Positions 10,502-22,900 of a stretch of DNA of 64,000 nucleotides are shown piece after piece. How positions within the stretch are numbered: position 1 is the stretch's first letter; each line of letters starts with the position of its first letter. The notes beneath the pieces were generated by a model. That model was not told the DNA's origin, searched no databases, and was given only the letters and a program-made list of their open reading frames with translations. Position numbers and translations under genes: made by a program. The stretch lies in sequence record NZ_CP015380.1. One strand, written 5' to 3'. The DNA comes from a plasmid.

Positions 10502-11050
10502 ATGCTACAACGCCATCAATTATACGGTGCCGCTATTTTTCTGCTTTTGAGTGGCCCTATCTACGCGCAGACGGAGCTAATTGGCGGAGACATTCGCTTC
10601 CACGGAACCGTGGAAGCGCTGCCGTGCAGCGTCAAACCAGGAGGAGATAAAATCGGTGTTAATTTCAAACAAATATCTACTAAAGATTTATACAGTAATA
10701 AAACGAGTCCACCGGTTCCTTTTACCATACCTCTAGAAAATTGCAGCGATGCCGTATTTAAAACCGTTTCAGTCACGTTTAGTGGAATAGAAAGTACAGA
10801 ACTTCCTAATCATCTGATTATAAATCCTGTCTCTCCAAGTTCAGCTTCTGGGGTTGCAATTGGTTTAAAAGAAAGCAATGGTTCGACAATAGAACTCAAT
10901 AAACCGACTACGGCGGAAAATATTGCTAACGGTTCTATGGATTTAACATTCCAAGCTTGGGTCGCAGGCATACCAATTGCATTGCAAAATGGAGATATAA
11001 CACTGGGGCCATTCACCGCCACGGCGAATTATACGCTGACTTATCAATAA
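10502..11050 (+). CDS. fimbrial subunit
   Basis: Signal peptide, Cys pair, C-terminal …YTLTYQ. Confidence 0.75.
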   Translation: MLQRHQLYGAAIFLLLSGPIYAQTELIGGDIRFHGTVEALPCSVKPGGDKIGVNFKQISTKDLYSNKTSPPVPFTIPLENCSDAVFKTVSVTFSGIESTELPNHLIINPVSPSSASGVAIGLKESNGSTIELNKPTTAENIANGSMDLTFQAWVAGIPIALQNGDITLGPFTATANYTLTYQ

Positions 11051-11063
11051 AGGTTAATATTGT

Positions 11064-11738
11064 ATGGAACTCCAACTCTGTATTTTTGACAGTGACGTTT
11101 CTTTCGCTCAGGGAATAAAAGCAATTATTGATACCAAAAATATATCCACACAATCTACATTGGAATATTTTGATCGTGACTTTCAAAAACTCGTCGATTA
11201 CCTTGCTAGCCCTATTTGGGGAAATAAACAGCAAATCATACTTTGTGATATTGCTAGCCTACCTGATGCACGATTTAAAGCCTTAAGTCTCCTTCGTCAC
11301 CAATATTTGAAAGGTGAACAACGTCAGTTGATTATGCTCGTTGAAGAGGGACAGGTTCCCCTGTTGTCAGCACTGTTCACCGAGCTGCCTTTGGCGAGTT
11401 GGTTCTGCAAGAAAGAGCCTCCCCAAGAATTAGTCAACATGCTGGAGCACCTGCGCTTAACCTCATTTAGCGCTCCTTATTACAGCAGTATGATCCGTAA
11501 AAGCATTGAGCATTACCGCAATCAGGCATTCTCGGTGCCGAGGTATGGCATCACCCATACAGAATGGTGGCTAATGGAGGAAATTCTCAAGGGGCAATCA
11601 CTCACACAGATTGCTCTCAACAGCGGCATCAGCGTTAAAAGCGTTAGCTATCGCAAAAGGCGCTTAATGAAAAAGCTCAATGTGACCAGCACAGTATCTC
11701 TGGCGCAAACGTTCCGCCACCTAACGGGGTTTGCTTAA
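11064..11738 (+). CDS. LuxR-family regulator with degenerate receiver-like N-domain (FimZ/BvgA/EvgA-like), encoded at the fimbrial operon end
   Basis: C-terminal LuxR/FixJ helix-turn-helix (EWWLMEEILKGQSLTQIALNSGISVKSVSYRKRRLMKKL). N-terminal region shows a receiver-like fold pattern (…ILCDIASLPD…LIMLVEEG…). Confidence 0.7.
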   Translation: MELQLCIFDSDVSFAQGIKAIIDTKNISTQSTLEYFDRDFQKLVDYLASPIWGNKQQIILCDIASLPDARFKALSLLRHQYLKGEQRQLIMLVEEGQVPLLSALFTELPLASWFCKKEPPQELVNMLEHLRLTSFSAPYYSSMIRKSIEHYRNQAFSVPRYGITHTEWWLMEEILKGQSLTQIALNSGISVKSVSYRKRRLMKKLNVTSTVSLAQTFRHLTGFA

Positions 11739-11740
11739 CT

Positions 11741-13407
11741 ATGCGCCGAATTTCACCGCGAGCTGGATACTATAGCGCATTAGTACCAGCTCTTTTTTTT
11801 GGCGGTATAGTGATGACCGTTTACCTGCCCAACATGGGAGGAAGTGGGCTATCTTTACCCCTGAATATCCTGAGTTGGATAGCCTTGTGCTGCTTTGCGA
11901 TACTTATCATTCAGGCGCCTAGAGTCTGGCGGCGGTATCGCCGATCAGCATCACTGATCTGGCTTTATGATGGATGTGCGGTGCTGGTTATTCGAGCCCT
12001 ATTGACCCCTTTACCTTGGTTTAACGACGCACTGATCGTCGCAATTGGTATAACCGCCGGATTATCGTTCTACCGTTTATTACTCCAGTTACCGTGGCGG
12101 CGGCAACACCTCTTGGCGGTACTCTCCACAGTGTGGATAGCATCAGTTTTGCAGTGTTTCATCGCTGTTATTCAGCTATTTCATCTAAAAGCAGCGGCGT
12201 GGTGGGAGTTTTCACCCGCGCAGTTACGCCCCTATGGTATTTTCCAGCAGGTTAATGTCTTAGCGAGCTTTATCGCATGCGGCATAGCAGCCACGCTGTT
12301 ATTGCTTTTATATCGCAGCAAAACTATCCCGTGGATGCGCGCTCTGCTGCATATCAGTCTCACGCTGCAAGGTTTTATTCTTTACGCATGCCAATCACAA
12401 ATTGGCTATCTGAGTACGGCGTTTGTCATACTCGCCTGCTTAGGAATATTTTGGCAGCAGCGTTTTATCATCTTTTCCGCAATCATAAGCTTGGTAGCTG
12501 GGGGCATCCTGTCGTTTGCCGTGCATGTTTGGCTACAGTTTCCTACCGTAGTTCACACCGACAGTACTCATACTCGACTGTTAATTTGGCAGCATAGCTG
12601 GCAGTTATTCAGTATGCATCCGCTGTTTGGGTGGGGCGTTGGCCGTTTTGAGTCCGTTTTTCTACATCAGTTTGGCGGACAAATCACTAACGTTGGCATC
12701 AGAACCGTCAGTCATCCGCATAATGAAATACTTTTATGGCTGGTTGAAGGGGGGGATTTACCGCCGTAGGAATGTTAATGCTGTTAATGGCAATCATCAC
12801 GCTTTGGCTAAAAGGGGGACGGCTTCAACGTGCCATGCTGCTAACCGCCTCTCCTGTTGCATTTCATATGATGACGGAATTTCCCTTATATCAATCGGCC
12901 CCACACTGGATTTTACTGATCGTTCTGCTGCGCTGCGCGGATCGTCCGTACTCGACAAGCACCGTGCCAAAGTCCATGAAATGGATCCGTGGAGGCATGA
13001 TATTTTTCACCGTATTCGCCGCCGGTGTTTTAACCCAAACCCTATACCTACAGAATCAGCTAACGATCGTTGAAAGGACTGGCACACAATATGATCTCCC
13101 GCCCCGTACAGTTTGGCAGACGGTATTGCAGCAGGATCGATATGAGTATGATCGACAGATGGGAGAGTTATTACGCTTTAATCACGTTCAGGATATTAAC
13201 GCATTGCGCAATTTTGAACATTGGGCTGCAGGCTATACTCTACGCCATCCAGACAACAATCTGTATGCCGTCCGTATTCAAATTGCGACATATTTAAACG
13301 CTCCAACTCAGGTTGAAAACCTTACCGATGAAGCTCGTTGGCTGTTCCCAGCAGATTCTCGGTGGACAGCGTATCTTGATGCTAAAAATGATAGTGGAAT
13401 AGACTAA
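11741..13407 (+). pseudogene. O-antigen ligase family (Wzy_C) polytopic membrane protein with C-terminal periplasmic domain, interrupted by a -1 frameshift at a G7 tract (12749-12755)
   Basis: Multiple transmembrane helices and the Wzy_C motif …HPHNEILLWLVEGG. Adding one G gives …LVEGGGFTAVGMLMLLMAI…, which continues into the 12772-13407 ORF, for an intact protein of about 555 aa. Confidence 0.65.
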
Positions 13408-14449
13408 AAATAACTATAAATGGTCAGGATGGATATAAATTAATAGATGTTATCGTTGTCAATTGTTTTTAAGTTGAATTAATTCCCATCGATGAAATAA
13501 AACTGGATTTTACTCCTAAGTAGTAGTAATAAAAATTAACATTTCATAACTAGAATGATAGGGGTTCTTTTTTTATGAAATATGTTAACGGTGTATTTTG
13601 AATGAGTATTTTTCTTATGCCATAAACAATAATAGAAGATTACAATTAATAGAAAATACTGTAACTATTTATGGTGGAGGAATTAACTCGATTATATCTA
13701 GTGTTAACTGTGTGTCGAAAGATTTTATTCAGAATGATATATAAGTATCCATCCTTGTTTGTGAAATTGTGAAGTCTCTCCAAGATATTAGTATGGTAAT
13801 TAATTATGAAATAGATATAAAATATTTTATAGTTCCAAGAACGTAGGCTATCGCATTCATGCCATTCAGTGAGTTGTAATACACTGTTGTCTGCCATCCA
13901 TTAGGATGATATATCCGATGAGTTCCATTAACCAGTGATGGTTCACTTATTTCACTTATTTCACTTATTTCAGTGTGTTCAGATTGACATCCTGTCGAGT
14001 TTACATCCAGTTATCTTTGCAATTATATTTTTATACGAGTTGCCTGTGCTGCTTGGTGATAGCATTTGTACGTTTGACGGAATAATATATACTGGTTCGG
14101 TGATGGAATCATCGTTTAGATTCAAGAATACTAGTGATAATGCACGGAACTAGAGGTTTTTTAGATCGGATAATAACACCATAAAAGTAGATGTTCGATG
14201 AAGTTTTAATAGGATAGAGCCCCTATTGCAGTAGCGCAGTGACCCAGACTACTACTAACTGAGTCGCTGAATAGATATCAAATATCATAAATTAACGTAC
14301 AATGAAAATTATATTAATTGAGTTTCTTTTATACATAAAATATATAAGTACCATCAATACGTTGAACATCTTTCGTTTCACGCTCAGAGCTAAGAAAATT
14401 TCATCCCATTTTTCTAATGCAGATAGATAGCCAATTGAATCGCTTTCGT

Positions 14450-14800
14450 CTTTATCGAAACGCTCGTCGTGATTATGCTGCCGGGGGGAACAAGAATCTG
14501 GATAGTGGTCGGAGTTATCGACATACGAAATGGGTTCAACGATCTAGCATCAAAGGTACAGAATGCGCTGAACCTGTACTGCAGTAACAAGTTGGCGTAG
14601 AGCGACAATAATATTGCGGAAAACGTGTTGCTGGGAGTAGCTTTGGGTCGAAAATATTTGTTGTTCGCAGGCTCAGACGAAAGTGGGGAGCCTGCGGCGA
14701 TACTATACTTGCTGATCGAGAGCTGTCGGGGAATTAGAATTTACCAACTCTTATATCTCTTGATAGCCACATGTGGGGGAGCTTTCACGAAATAGCGCTT
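14450..14800 (+). mobile_element. IS66-family transposase (TnpC) C-terminal remnant
   Basis: Frame 3 reads …IAENVLLGVALGRKYLLFAGSDESGEPAAILYLLIESCR…. This matches the conserved IS66 TnpC motif (…DNNxAENALR…GRKNWLF.GSD.GGERAA..YSLI…). It is interrupted by stops. Confidence 0.45.
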
Positions 14801-15847
14801 CTGTAGCATCCGTAGGTATTCCTGATAATTATTTTAGTTTTTTAACTGGGTATGAAACTGCATATATGAGATCCGAAGTTAAGCTTATTCTCCATCTTCT
14901 AGCAACAAGGGATAATGCGCTATCTACTTTATATGGTGCACAATATTGACAGATTTCTTTAGTAACTCAACTTCCATGTTTTAATTACTCCGCAGGTACT
15001 GAAGATCCTTGTTGTGTGATGCTAATTCAGAGGCTGGGAACGCCTGCTAACCTGCACTACGGCGGTCATACAGCCTTCCTGATATTGATTACGCCAGAGG
15101 AAAAAATGGAGCCACTCACATTGACGGGCAATGATCGAGACGCTCATACTTGATTCAAAATGAAGGTTTTTTAAATATTACACTGTATGCACTTTTCTTT
15201 ACCTAAAACGTTAATCATCGAGACTCCAATCAAACTTTAGGTTTACTACTTATTTTATTTATATCAGATGCTTAGGTGTTAATCAGGGCTAGTCTAGATA
15301 TTGTTTAATTTTTATTAGTGATGTTTATCTCTGCTGCAGATCCTGATTAGCCTTTGAGTGAAGTTACCTAGCTGAGAAGTTTTTTACTGTATTTCAGCAT
15401 ATTACTAAGCAAGCAAGGAGTAATTAGGAGGTTTTAGTGTGCTAATTATACTTTAATATACTAACCATTTATGATGCTTAAAGTAGATTTAAACATAAAA
15501 TTAATTTACTTGGTTGGTCTTATGAAAACGGTGGTTCGCGGGTTTTTTTTGACGATCAGTTTTGTGATAGGTCTATCGATGATGGTGAATGGTTTTATGA
15601 ATATTCCATACTCACCTCAGTTTTTTCGAATTATTCATGAGCATTCCTACCCTTGCAAATGTTTAGCTCTCGGGATAAAAAGCATTAAAATCATTTAATT
15701 ATAGCTGTTAACCTCTAGAACCACTTTAGAAAGTGGCTTCCGCTTTCCAAGGAAAAAAGACAAAGTCTCGATTTTCTCGAGATATCGCATGAGCGTATCT
15801 TAGTGTAAATAATGATAATTTTCACAAAAGTGAGGATAAGTAAAATG

Positions 15848-16611
15848 GGTAATGCATCTAATTAGTTGAATTGAGGTATAATGCCCGCTTTGAGGTTTTC
15901 TCATGGCCAGCGTTACTGTTCATTGTCCCCATTGTCAGTCTGCTCAGGTTTACCGTCATGGGTAGAAACCTAAAGGCCGTGACCGGTTTCGCTGTCGTGA
16001 GGGCCACCGTGTGTTTCTGCTCATCTATACTTATGAAGCCCGCAAGCTCGGCGTCATAGAACAAATTACCTAAATGGTATTCAACGGTGTCGGTATCCGG
16101 CAAGGAAGCTCAAAATCGGCATTAATACCGTCATTCATGCTTTAAAAAGCTCGCGCTGAAGCGAATAACATCCTCTCCGGTCGCTCATGCAGATGTGGCG
16201 CTTATCTGCAAACTCGATGAGCAATGGAGCTTTGTCGGCAGTAAAGCCCGGCAGCACTGGCTTTGGTACGCATACAACACCAAAACAGGTGGCATTCTGG
16301 CTTATACATTCGGACCACGGACAGATGATACCTGTCGTGAACTGCTGACCCTGCTCACTCCTAATATCGGCATGATAACAAGCGATGACTGGGGAGGTTA
16401 TGCCAGAGAAGTGCCGAAAGAGAAGCATCTGGCTGGCAAAATATTCACTTAGCGTATTGAGCGTAACAATCTGACGCTAAGAACCCGCATCAAGCGTTTG
16501 GCCCGAAAAACAATCTGCTTCTCACGCTCAATTGAACTACATGAAAAGGTCACCGGGACCTTCATTGAAAAACACATGTTCTACTAATTGAAATCATTAC
16601 CAATTAATTTT
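15848..16611 (+). mobile_element. IS1-family insertion sequence, copy 1 (defective)
   Basis: Terminal inverted repeats GGTAATGCATCTAATTAG / GGTAATGATTTCAATTAG. InsB-like ORF (MALICKLDEQWSFVGSKARQHWLWYAY…). insA has an in-frame TAG after …VYRHG. insB has TAG where copy 2 has CAG, plus a 3-bp deletion (LTPNIG versus LTPFNIG). Confidence 0.85.
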
Positions 16612-18182
16612 GTGTTATATCAATATGGTTTAAGCGTGTGATTTAAGATGCTATATAAATGACCTCAAAAATATGATTATCATTTCTAATGATTTTTATT
16701 TTAGTTGTTTTGATGGTTTTTTATTTTGTAAATCACACCCTATAGATTTATAAAATCCATGCTTTTATGATAAATTAATTATTTCTCTCGAATATGATGA
16801 GGTTAATAGTTTTTCTAAGGGGTGTAATGCTATAAGGGAGTAAAGTTAAATTTAATGGAAGATTATAATAACTTTCTTTTTTGTTTTTATTTAGCGCAAG
16901 CTAATTTCTTAAGCATCGTTTGAATTATGGTTGTCAGAGAGTGTTTTGTGGATTATAGATTTGAGTATATAACATTTCCCTAAGCCACATGTGAATATGT
17001 CATTCATCATATTTCTATTATCTCCTATCTTAGTATAAATGGGGCGGGGTGAGTTAAATTCTCCGGTGGGCAATGAAACATGGAGGGATAAAGTTAAGAA
17101 TATAATTATTAAACTCATGTGCTACCTATTATGATTAATGAATTTTTTAGAAGAATAGGAAGTTACTCATGATCGAAAATGCTATCTCAGTAATATACAG
17201 ACTTAGATAAAATTCAAGGTTAGATTAATCATGCTAAACAAAACATAAACCAAATCGATTTTGGCCACCTTGTCTCTATGGTGCGATCATTTTTTGTGTA
17301 GACTCTATCGCATTCATTACATAGGCCGCCAAAATGAGCACTCCCTGACTTTAAGGCCAAATTACTACTGCTGGTGACAATAGTCACTCCTTCAATGAGT
17401 AAACTAGATGCCTGCGGATAAACTAAGGAATGGCTTCTATAGGGTGGTATTGGTGTTTAAATGCGTTGAAGATAAATGATTTTTAAAATTAAATCATAAA
17501 AAACAATGCATTATGTTTTTTTTTGCTAATGCAATAGAACCTTAATTATGCGATATCTAATGACAGCTTTGGATTCTCTCCTCCCACCTTTAATACTTAA
17601 ACGCCTCTTGCTTGGCTCTTATTGCTTCCGGTGTGCATAGGCGATGAGATGATTTTTCTGAGGGTGGGAGAGTTACCTGATTTTAGATCTTTATTTTGAA
17701 ATTTTGAATAGTACGATCTATTGATCTAAAAACTCCATGATAAGTAGTATAAAATGCTTTTTTTTGTGTTTTTTTTATTGCCGTAGAGTTTTATTGATGA
17801 GATTATTCTTAATTTAAAGTCTATTGTTGTGTATTTAACACTTACGACATATTTGTGTTTATTTCTTACTCTAATCTCACTATATTTTAACTTATAGAAG
17901 TTACATTGCTTTACTCAATAAAGTTTTATTTTTACTCATTCTTTCTATAAGTGTAAGGCTTTTTTATCCTGACGTATCACTGCTACATAAGATGGATTTA
18001 TTATGCATGTACAAATTTGCGATTTGATTATCTTTATGAGTATATAATATATTTTATGCATTGTAAGTAATATGAATTATTTTTATATTCCTGTCATCTA
18101 TCTTGCAGCTATAATTATTTTTATGTTCCTTGTTTGGTTATTTTTCTTAATTCTAATATTTCCTGTATATAACAAAGGGTTC

Positions 18183-19010
18183 ATGCCAGTGCCAAAAGTA
18201 AATATATGTTCAGTTGCCTTTGCAACGATATTTCTTATGGGGTGCGATAGTCACCTAAAAGCTGATGTCAGCACGGTACCCGCTAGCTCGATTAGCATTA
18301 ATGTTTTACCGGTTATCGTGAGTGCTGTATTTAACGCAGTGCCTGAAATAAATAGTGATAACCGTGATGCTGTGCTCAATGGTATCTGTCGTGTAGCCTA
18401 TGGTGAAATTAAACCCACGGCCCTCAGAGATGATCTTAATCAGGCAGGGGTAATAAGCAAAGATAGCGTGAAAGATAATGCCTTCACCAAAATGATACAA
18501 AGTGAAGATATAAAACCTTATCAAACTGCGTGTGCCGCCTATATGATTACATCGATTGAGACCATCCCTGATGTGAATCAGTTTGTGAGTCAGCATAAAG
18601 ATACAAAAGGACAAGCCGCCATTGAAGCTAACGAAGGGGCGGTTATTAACTTGATGCCTTTCAGGCTGGCAGTCGCAAGAGCTACGGCCGAGCTGTATGG
18701 GAAACTCGCGGTAGACTTATCCGAGAAAAAGGCGCAGTCAATGGAAATGTATAACCAAAAGATTTATCGCCTATTTAATCAATCAGCAGAAGGTTATTTG
18801 AATAACGTTCGGAAATATAATCAGGAAGAAATGGGACATCGTTATCAGTTGCTGCTTTTACAAAAAGGGAGGTTTACATTCAAAAGTACAACCGGATATT
18901 TAATAGATGTTAGCCAAAAAGGCATGAGCGTTTATCTATATGGCACTCCATGGTTGGCAGATGGATATGTTTTAGGTGTGGTTCATAAGGCTGATTTTGA
19001 TATGAAATAA
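18183..19010 (+). CDS. SadB-like inner-membrane lipoprotein (putative trimeric-autotransporter biogenesis helper)
   Basis: Probable start at 18183 (MPVPKVNICSVAFATIFLMGC, lipobox LMGC). Predicted coiled-coil segment. Lies immediately upstream of the trimeric autotransporter gene, as SadB does for SadA. Confidence 0.45.
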   Translation: MPVPKVNICSVAFATIFLMGCDSHLKADVSTVPASSISINVLPVIVSAVFNAVPEINSDNRDAVLNGICRVAYGEIKPTALRDDLNQAGVISKDSVKDNAFTKMIQSEDIKPYQTACAAYMITSIETIPDVNQFVSQHKDTKGQAAIEANEGAVINLMPFRLAVARATAELYGKLAVDLSEKKAQSMEMYNQKIYRLFNQSAEGYLNNVRKYNQEEMGHRYQLLLLQKGRFTFKSTTGYLIDVSQKGMSVYLYGTPWLADGYVLGVVHKADFDMK

Positions 19011-19116
19011 GCTTTTATATAGATAATAAAAATACTATGTATATCCAGTCTTTTCACGAATGAACTATTTGTGAGGAGGTTTTCGCTATCCCATGAATTA
19101 ATCTAATAATGCATTC

Positions 19117-19977
19117 TTGAATGGGCAAAAAATGAAAATATATAAAATAACGCAATTATTTGCTGCCTCTTTAATTGCTAGTAGCTATTCAGCAATTGGA
19201 GCTAATTACTCGGCAGGTGGAGGTACTGTTAATAGTGCTTGTTCTAATGCAATTGCTATAGGACAAAATGCAAATAGTGCATGTGATAGCAGTAATCCTA
19301 ATACTATTGCAATTGGTAACAACTCTTATGCAGGGGGATCGGGCGTTGCTTTGGGCGATGGCGCAGATAGTTATTATGGATCTGTATCTTCTCAATCTAT
19401 AGCTATTGGACTCAATTCAAAAGCCAAGTCGCTAAACTCACTCGCAGCTGGTACAACTGCTGTTGCATCAGGTAATTACTCGACAGCATTGGGTGCAGCT
19501 TCAATTGCATCCGGTAATAATTCTGTAGCTTTAGGTCAGGCAGCTAACGCTTCGGCAGTTAACAGTATGGCATTGGGTACCTCCTCTGCATCTACGCTTG
19601 CTAACAGCGTAGCTCTTGGTAGCAACTCAACGGCATCAGCGGTTTCTGCAACGAGCGCAAATACCGTTGCCAACTCATTTATCAGCGGTAAAACCCTCTC
19701 AGTGGTACAGGCTCCCACTAATGGCGTGGTTGCTATCGGTAGTCGGCAGATACAGGGGGTCGCTGATGGGCAGTTATCGAGCACTTCTACCGATGCTGTA
19801 AACGGATCGCAGCTCTATCAGGTAACTTCTGGGCTAAACAGTAATATTAACGCGTTAGGATCAAGTTTTACCAGCGCACTGGGCGGCGGGGCCGCCTACA
19901 ACAGCACGACCGGCGCGTGGACCGCACCGAGTTATTCTATTCAAGGGGGAGCTATAGCAACGTTGGTAGCGCGCTGA
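19117..19977 (+). CDS. trimeric autotransporter adhesin, fragment 1: signal peptide and YadA-like head (Hep_Hag) repeats
   Basis: Head motifs NSVALG…SVALG…AIG and …DAVNGSQLY… connector. The frame is lost at the G5 run 19945-19949, where one extra G would restore …SYSIQGGSYSNVGSALTRVD…. Confidence 0.8.
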   Translation: MNGQKMKIYKITQLFAASLIASSYSAIGANYSAGGGTVNSACSNAIAIGQNANSACDSSNPNTIAIGNNSYAGGSGVALGDGADSYYGSVSSQSIAIGLNSKAKSLNSLAAGTTAVASGNYSTALGAASIASGNNSVALGQAANASAVNSMALGTSSASTLANSVALGSNSTASAVSATSANTVANSFISGKTLSVVQAPTNGVVAIGSRQIQGVADGQLSSTSTDAVNGSQLYQVTSGLNSNINALGSSFTSALGGGAAYNSTTGAWTAPSYSIQGGAIATLVAR

Positions 19978-22900
19978 CACGGGTAGATACTGGGCTGAGC
20001 GCCCTTAACGGCGGTAACGCCGGTTTGGTGCAACGTACTTCCACCAGTAACGTGGCAACAATGACCGCCACCGGAGGAACCGCGACAGCGCCGGGTACAG
20101 CGCAGAAGCTTACCAATCTGGCCGCGGGGACACTGTCTGGAACCTCCACCGACGCGGTGAACGGGAGTCAGCTGTTTGCCACCAATACCAATGTGGGAAC
20201 GAACGCCACGAACTTAGCCAATCTGGGCACCAGTACGGCTAGCGCACTGGGCGGCGGGGCTACCTATAACAGCACAACCGGTGCGTGGATCGCCCCGAGC
20301 TACACCGTACAGGGAAGCAGCTACAGCAACGTTGGTAGCGCGCTGACACGGGTAGATACTGGGCTGAGCGCCCTTAACGGCGGTAACGCCGGTTTGGTGC
20401 AACGTACTTCCACCAGTAACGTGGCAACAATGACCGCCACCGGAGGAACCGCGACAGCGCCGGGTACAGCGCAGAAGCTTACCAATCTGGCCGCGGGGAC
20501 ACTGTCTGGAACCTCCACCGACGCGGTGAACGGGAGTCAGCTGTTTGCCACCAATACCAATGTGGGAACGAACGCCACGAACTTAGCCAACCTGGGCACC
20601 AGTACGGCTAGCGCACTGGGCGGCGGGGCTGCCTATAACAGCACAACCGGTGCGTGGACCGCCCCGAGCTACACCGTACAGGGAAGCAGCTACAGCAACA
20701 TCGGTGATGCGTTTGGCGGCGTAGACGGCAGCCTAACGGCGTTAACCGACAGCATTTCGGAAGGAACCACCGGGGTGGTGCAGCGTACCGATACGGCGAA
20801 TAAAGCCGTTCTGACCGCGGCCAACGGCACCGCCGCCGCCCCCGGAGAGACGCAGACGCTGAGCAATCTGACGGCGGGCGATCTGGCGGCAGACTCCACC
20901 GACGCGGTGAACGGCAGCCAGCTGTTTGCCACTAATACCAATGTGGGGACGAATGCCACGAACTTAGCCAACCTGGGCACCAGTACCGCCAGCGCACTGG
21001 GCGGCGGGGCCGCCTACAACAGCACGACCGGTGCGTGGACCGCCCCGAGCTACACCGTACAGGGAAGCAGCTACAGCAACATCGGTGATGCGTTTGGCGG
21101 CGTAGACGGCAGCCTAACGGCGTTAACCGACAGCATTTCGGAAGGAACCACCGGGGTGGTGCAGCGTACCGATACGGCGAATAAAGCCGTCCTGACCGCG
21201 GCCAACGGCACCGCCGCCGCCCCCGGAGAGACGCAGACGCTGAGCAATCTGACGGCGGGCGATCTGGCGGCAGACTCCACCGACGCGGTGAACGGCAGCC
21301 AGCTGTTTGCCACTAATACCAATGTGGGGACGAATACCACGAACTTAGCCAACCTGGGCACCAGTACCGCCAGCGCACTGGGCGGCGGGGCCGCCTACAA
21401 CAGCTCGACCGGTGCGTGGACCGCCCCGAGCTACACCGTACAGGGAAGCAGCTACAGCAACATCGGTGATGCGTTTGGCGGCGTAGACGACAGCCTAACG
21501 GCGTTAACCGACAGCATTTCGGAAGGAACCACCGGGGTGGTGCAGCGTACCGATACGGCGAATAAAGCCGTCCTGACCGCGGCCAACGGCACCGCGGCCG
21601 CCCCCGGAGAGACGCAGACGCTGAGCAATCTGACGGCGGGCGATCTGGCGGCAGACTCCACCGACGCGGTGAACGGCAGCCAGCTGTTTGCCACTAATAC
21701 CAATGTGGGGACGAATACCACGAACTTAGCCAACCTGGGCACCAGTACCGCCAGCGCACTGGGCGGCGGGGCCGCCTACAACAGCTCGACCGGTGCGTGG
21801 ACCGCCCCGAGCTACACCGTACAGGGAAGCAGCTACAGCAACATCGGTGATGCGTTTGGCGGCGTAGACGGCAGCCTAACGGCGTTAACCGACAGCATTT
21901 CGGAAGGAACCACCGGGGTGGTGCAGCGTACCGATACGGCGAATAAAGCCGTCCTGACCGCGGCCAACGGCACCGCGGCCGCCCCCGGAGAGACGCAGAC
22001 GCTGAGCAATCTGACGGCGGGCGATCTGGCGGCAGACTCCACCGACGCGGTGAACGGCAGCCAGCTGTTTGCCACTAATACCAATGTGGGGACGAATACC
22101 ACGAACTTAGCCAACCTGGGCACCAGTACCGCCAGCGCACTGGGCGGCGGGGCCGCCTACAACAGCTCGACCGGTGCGTGGACCGCCCCGAGCTACACCG
22201 TACAGGGAAGCAGCTACAGCAACATCGGTGATGCGTTTGGCGGCGTAGACGGCAGCCTAACGGCGTTAACCGACAGCATTTCGGAAGGAACCACCGGGGT
22301 GGTGCAGCGTACCGATACGGCGAATAAAGCCGTCCTGACCGCGGCCAACGGCACCGCGGCCGCCCCCGGAGAGACGCAGACGCTGAGCAATCTGACGGCG
22401 GGCGATCTGGCGGCAGACTCCACCGACGCGGTGAACGGCAGCCAGCTGTTTGCCACTAATACCAATGTGGGGACGAATACCACGAACTTAGCCAACCTGG
22501 GCACTAGTACCGCCAGCGCACTGGGCGGCGGGGCCGCCTACAACAGCTCGACCGGTGCGTGGACCGCCCCGAGCTACACCGTACAGGGAAGCAGCTACAG
22601 CAACATCGGTGATGCGTTTGGCGGCGTAGACGGCAGCCTAACGGCGTTAACCGACAGCATTTCGGAAGGAACCACCGGGGTGGTGCAGCGTACCGATACG
22701 GCGAATAAAGCCGTCCTGACCGCGGCCAACGGCACCGCGGCCGCCCCCGGAGAGACGCAGACGCTGAGCAATCTGACGGCGGGCGATCTGGCGGCAGACT
22801 CCACCGACGCGGTGAACGGCAGCCAGCTGTTTGCCACTAATACCAATGTGGGGACGAATACCACGAACTTAGCCAACCTGGGCACCAGTACCGCCAGCGC

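Noticed and set aside
12277-13073. ORFs 12277-12597 and 12627-13073 overlapping the Wzy_C gene
   Set aside because: Alternative frames of the ligase gene. The 12627 ORF is the -1 product of the G-tract and does not continue the protein. Only the +1 correction gives a membrane-helix continuation.
15871-16103. ORFs 15871-16059 (plus) and 15858-16103 (minus) as separate genes
   Set aside because: They fall within IS1 copy 1 and correspond to disrupted insA reading frames and their antisense.
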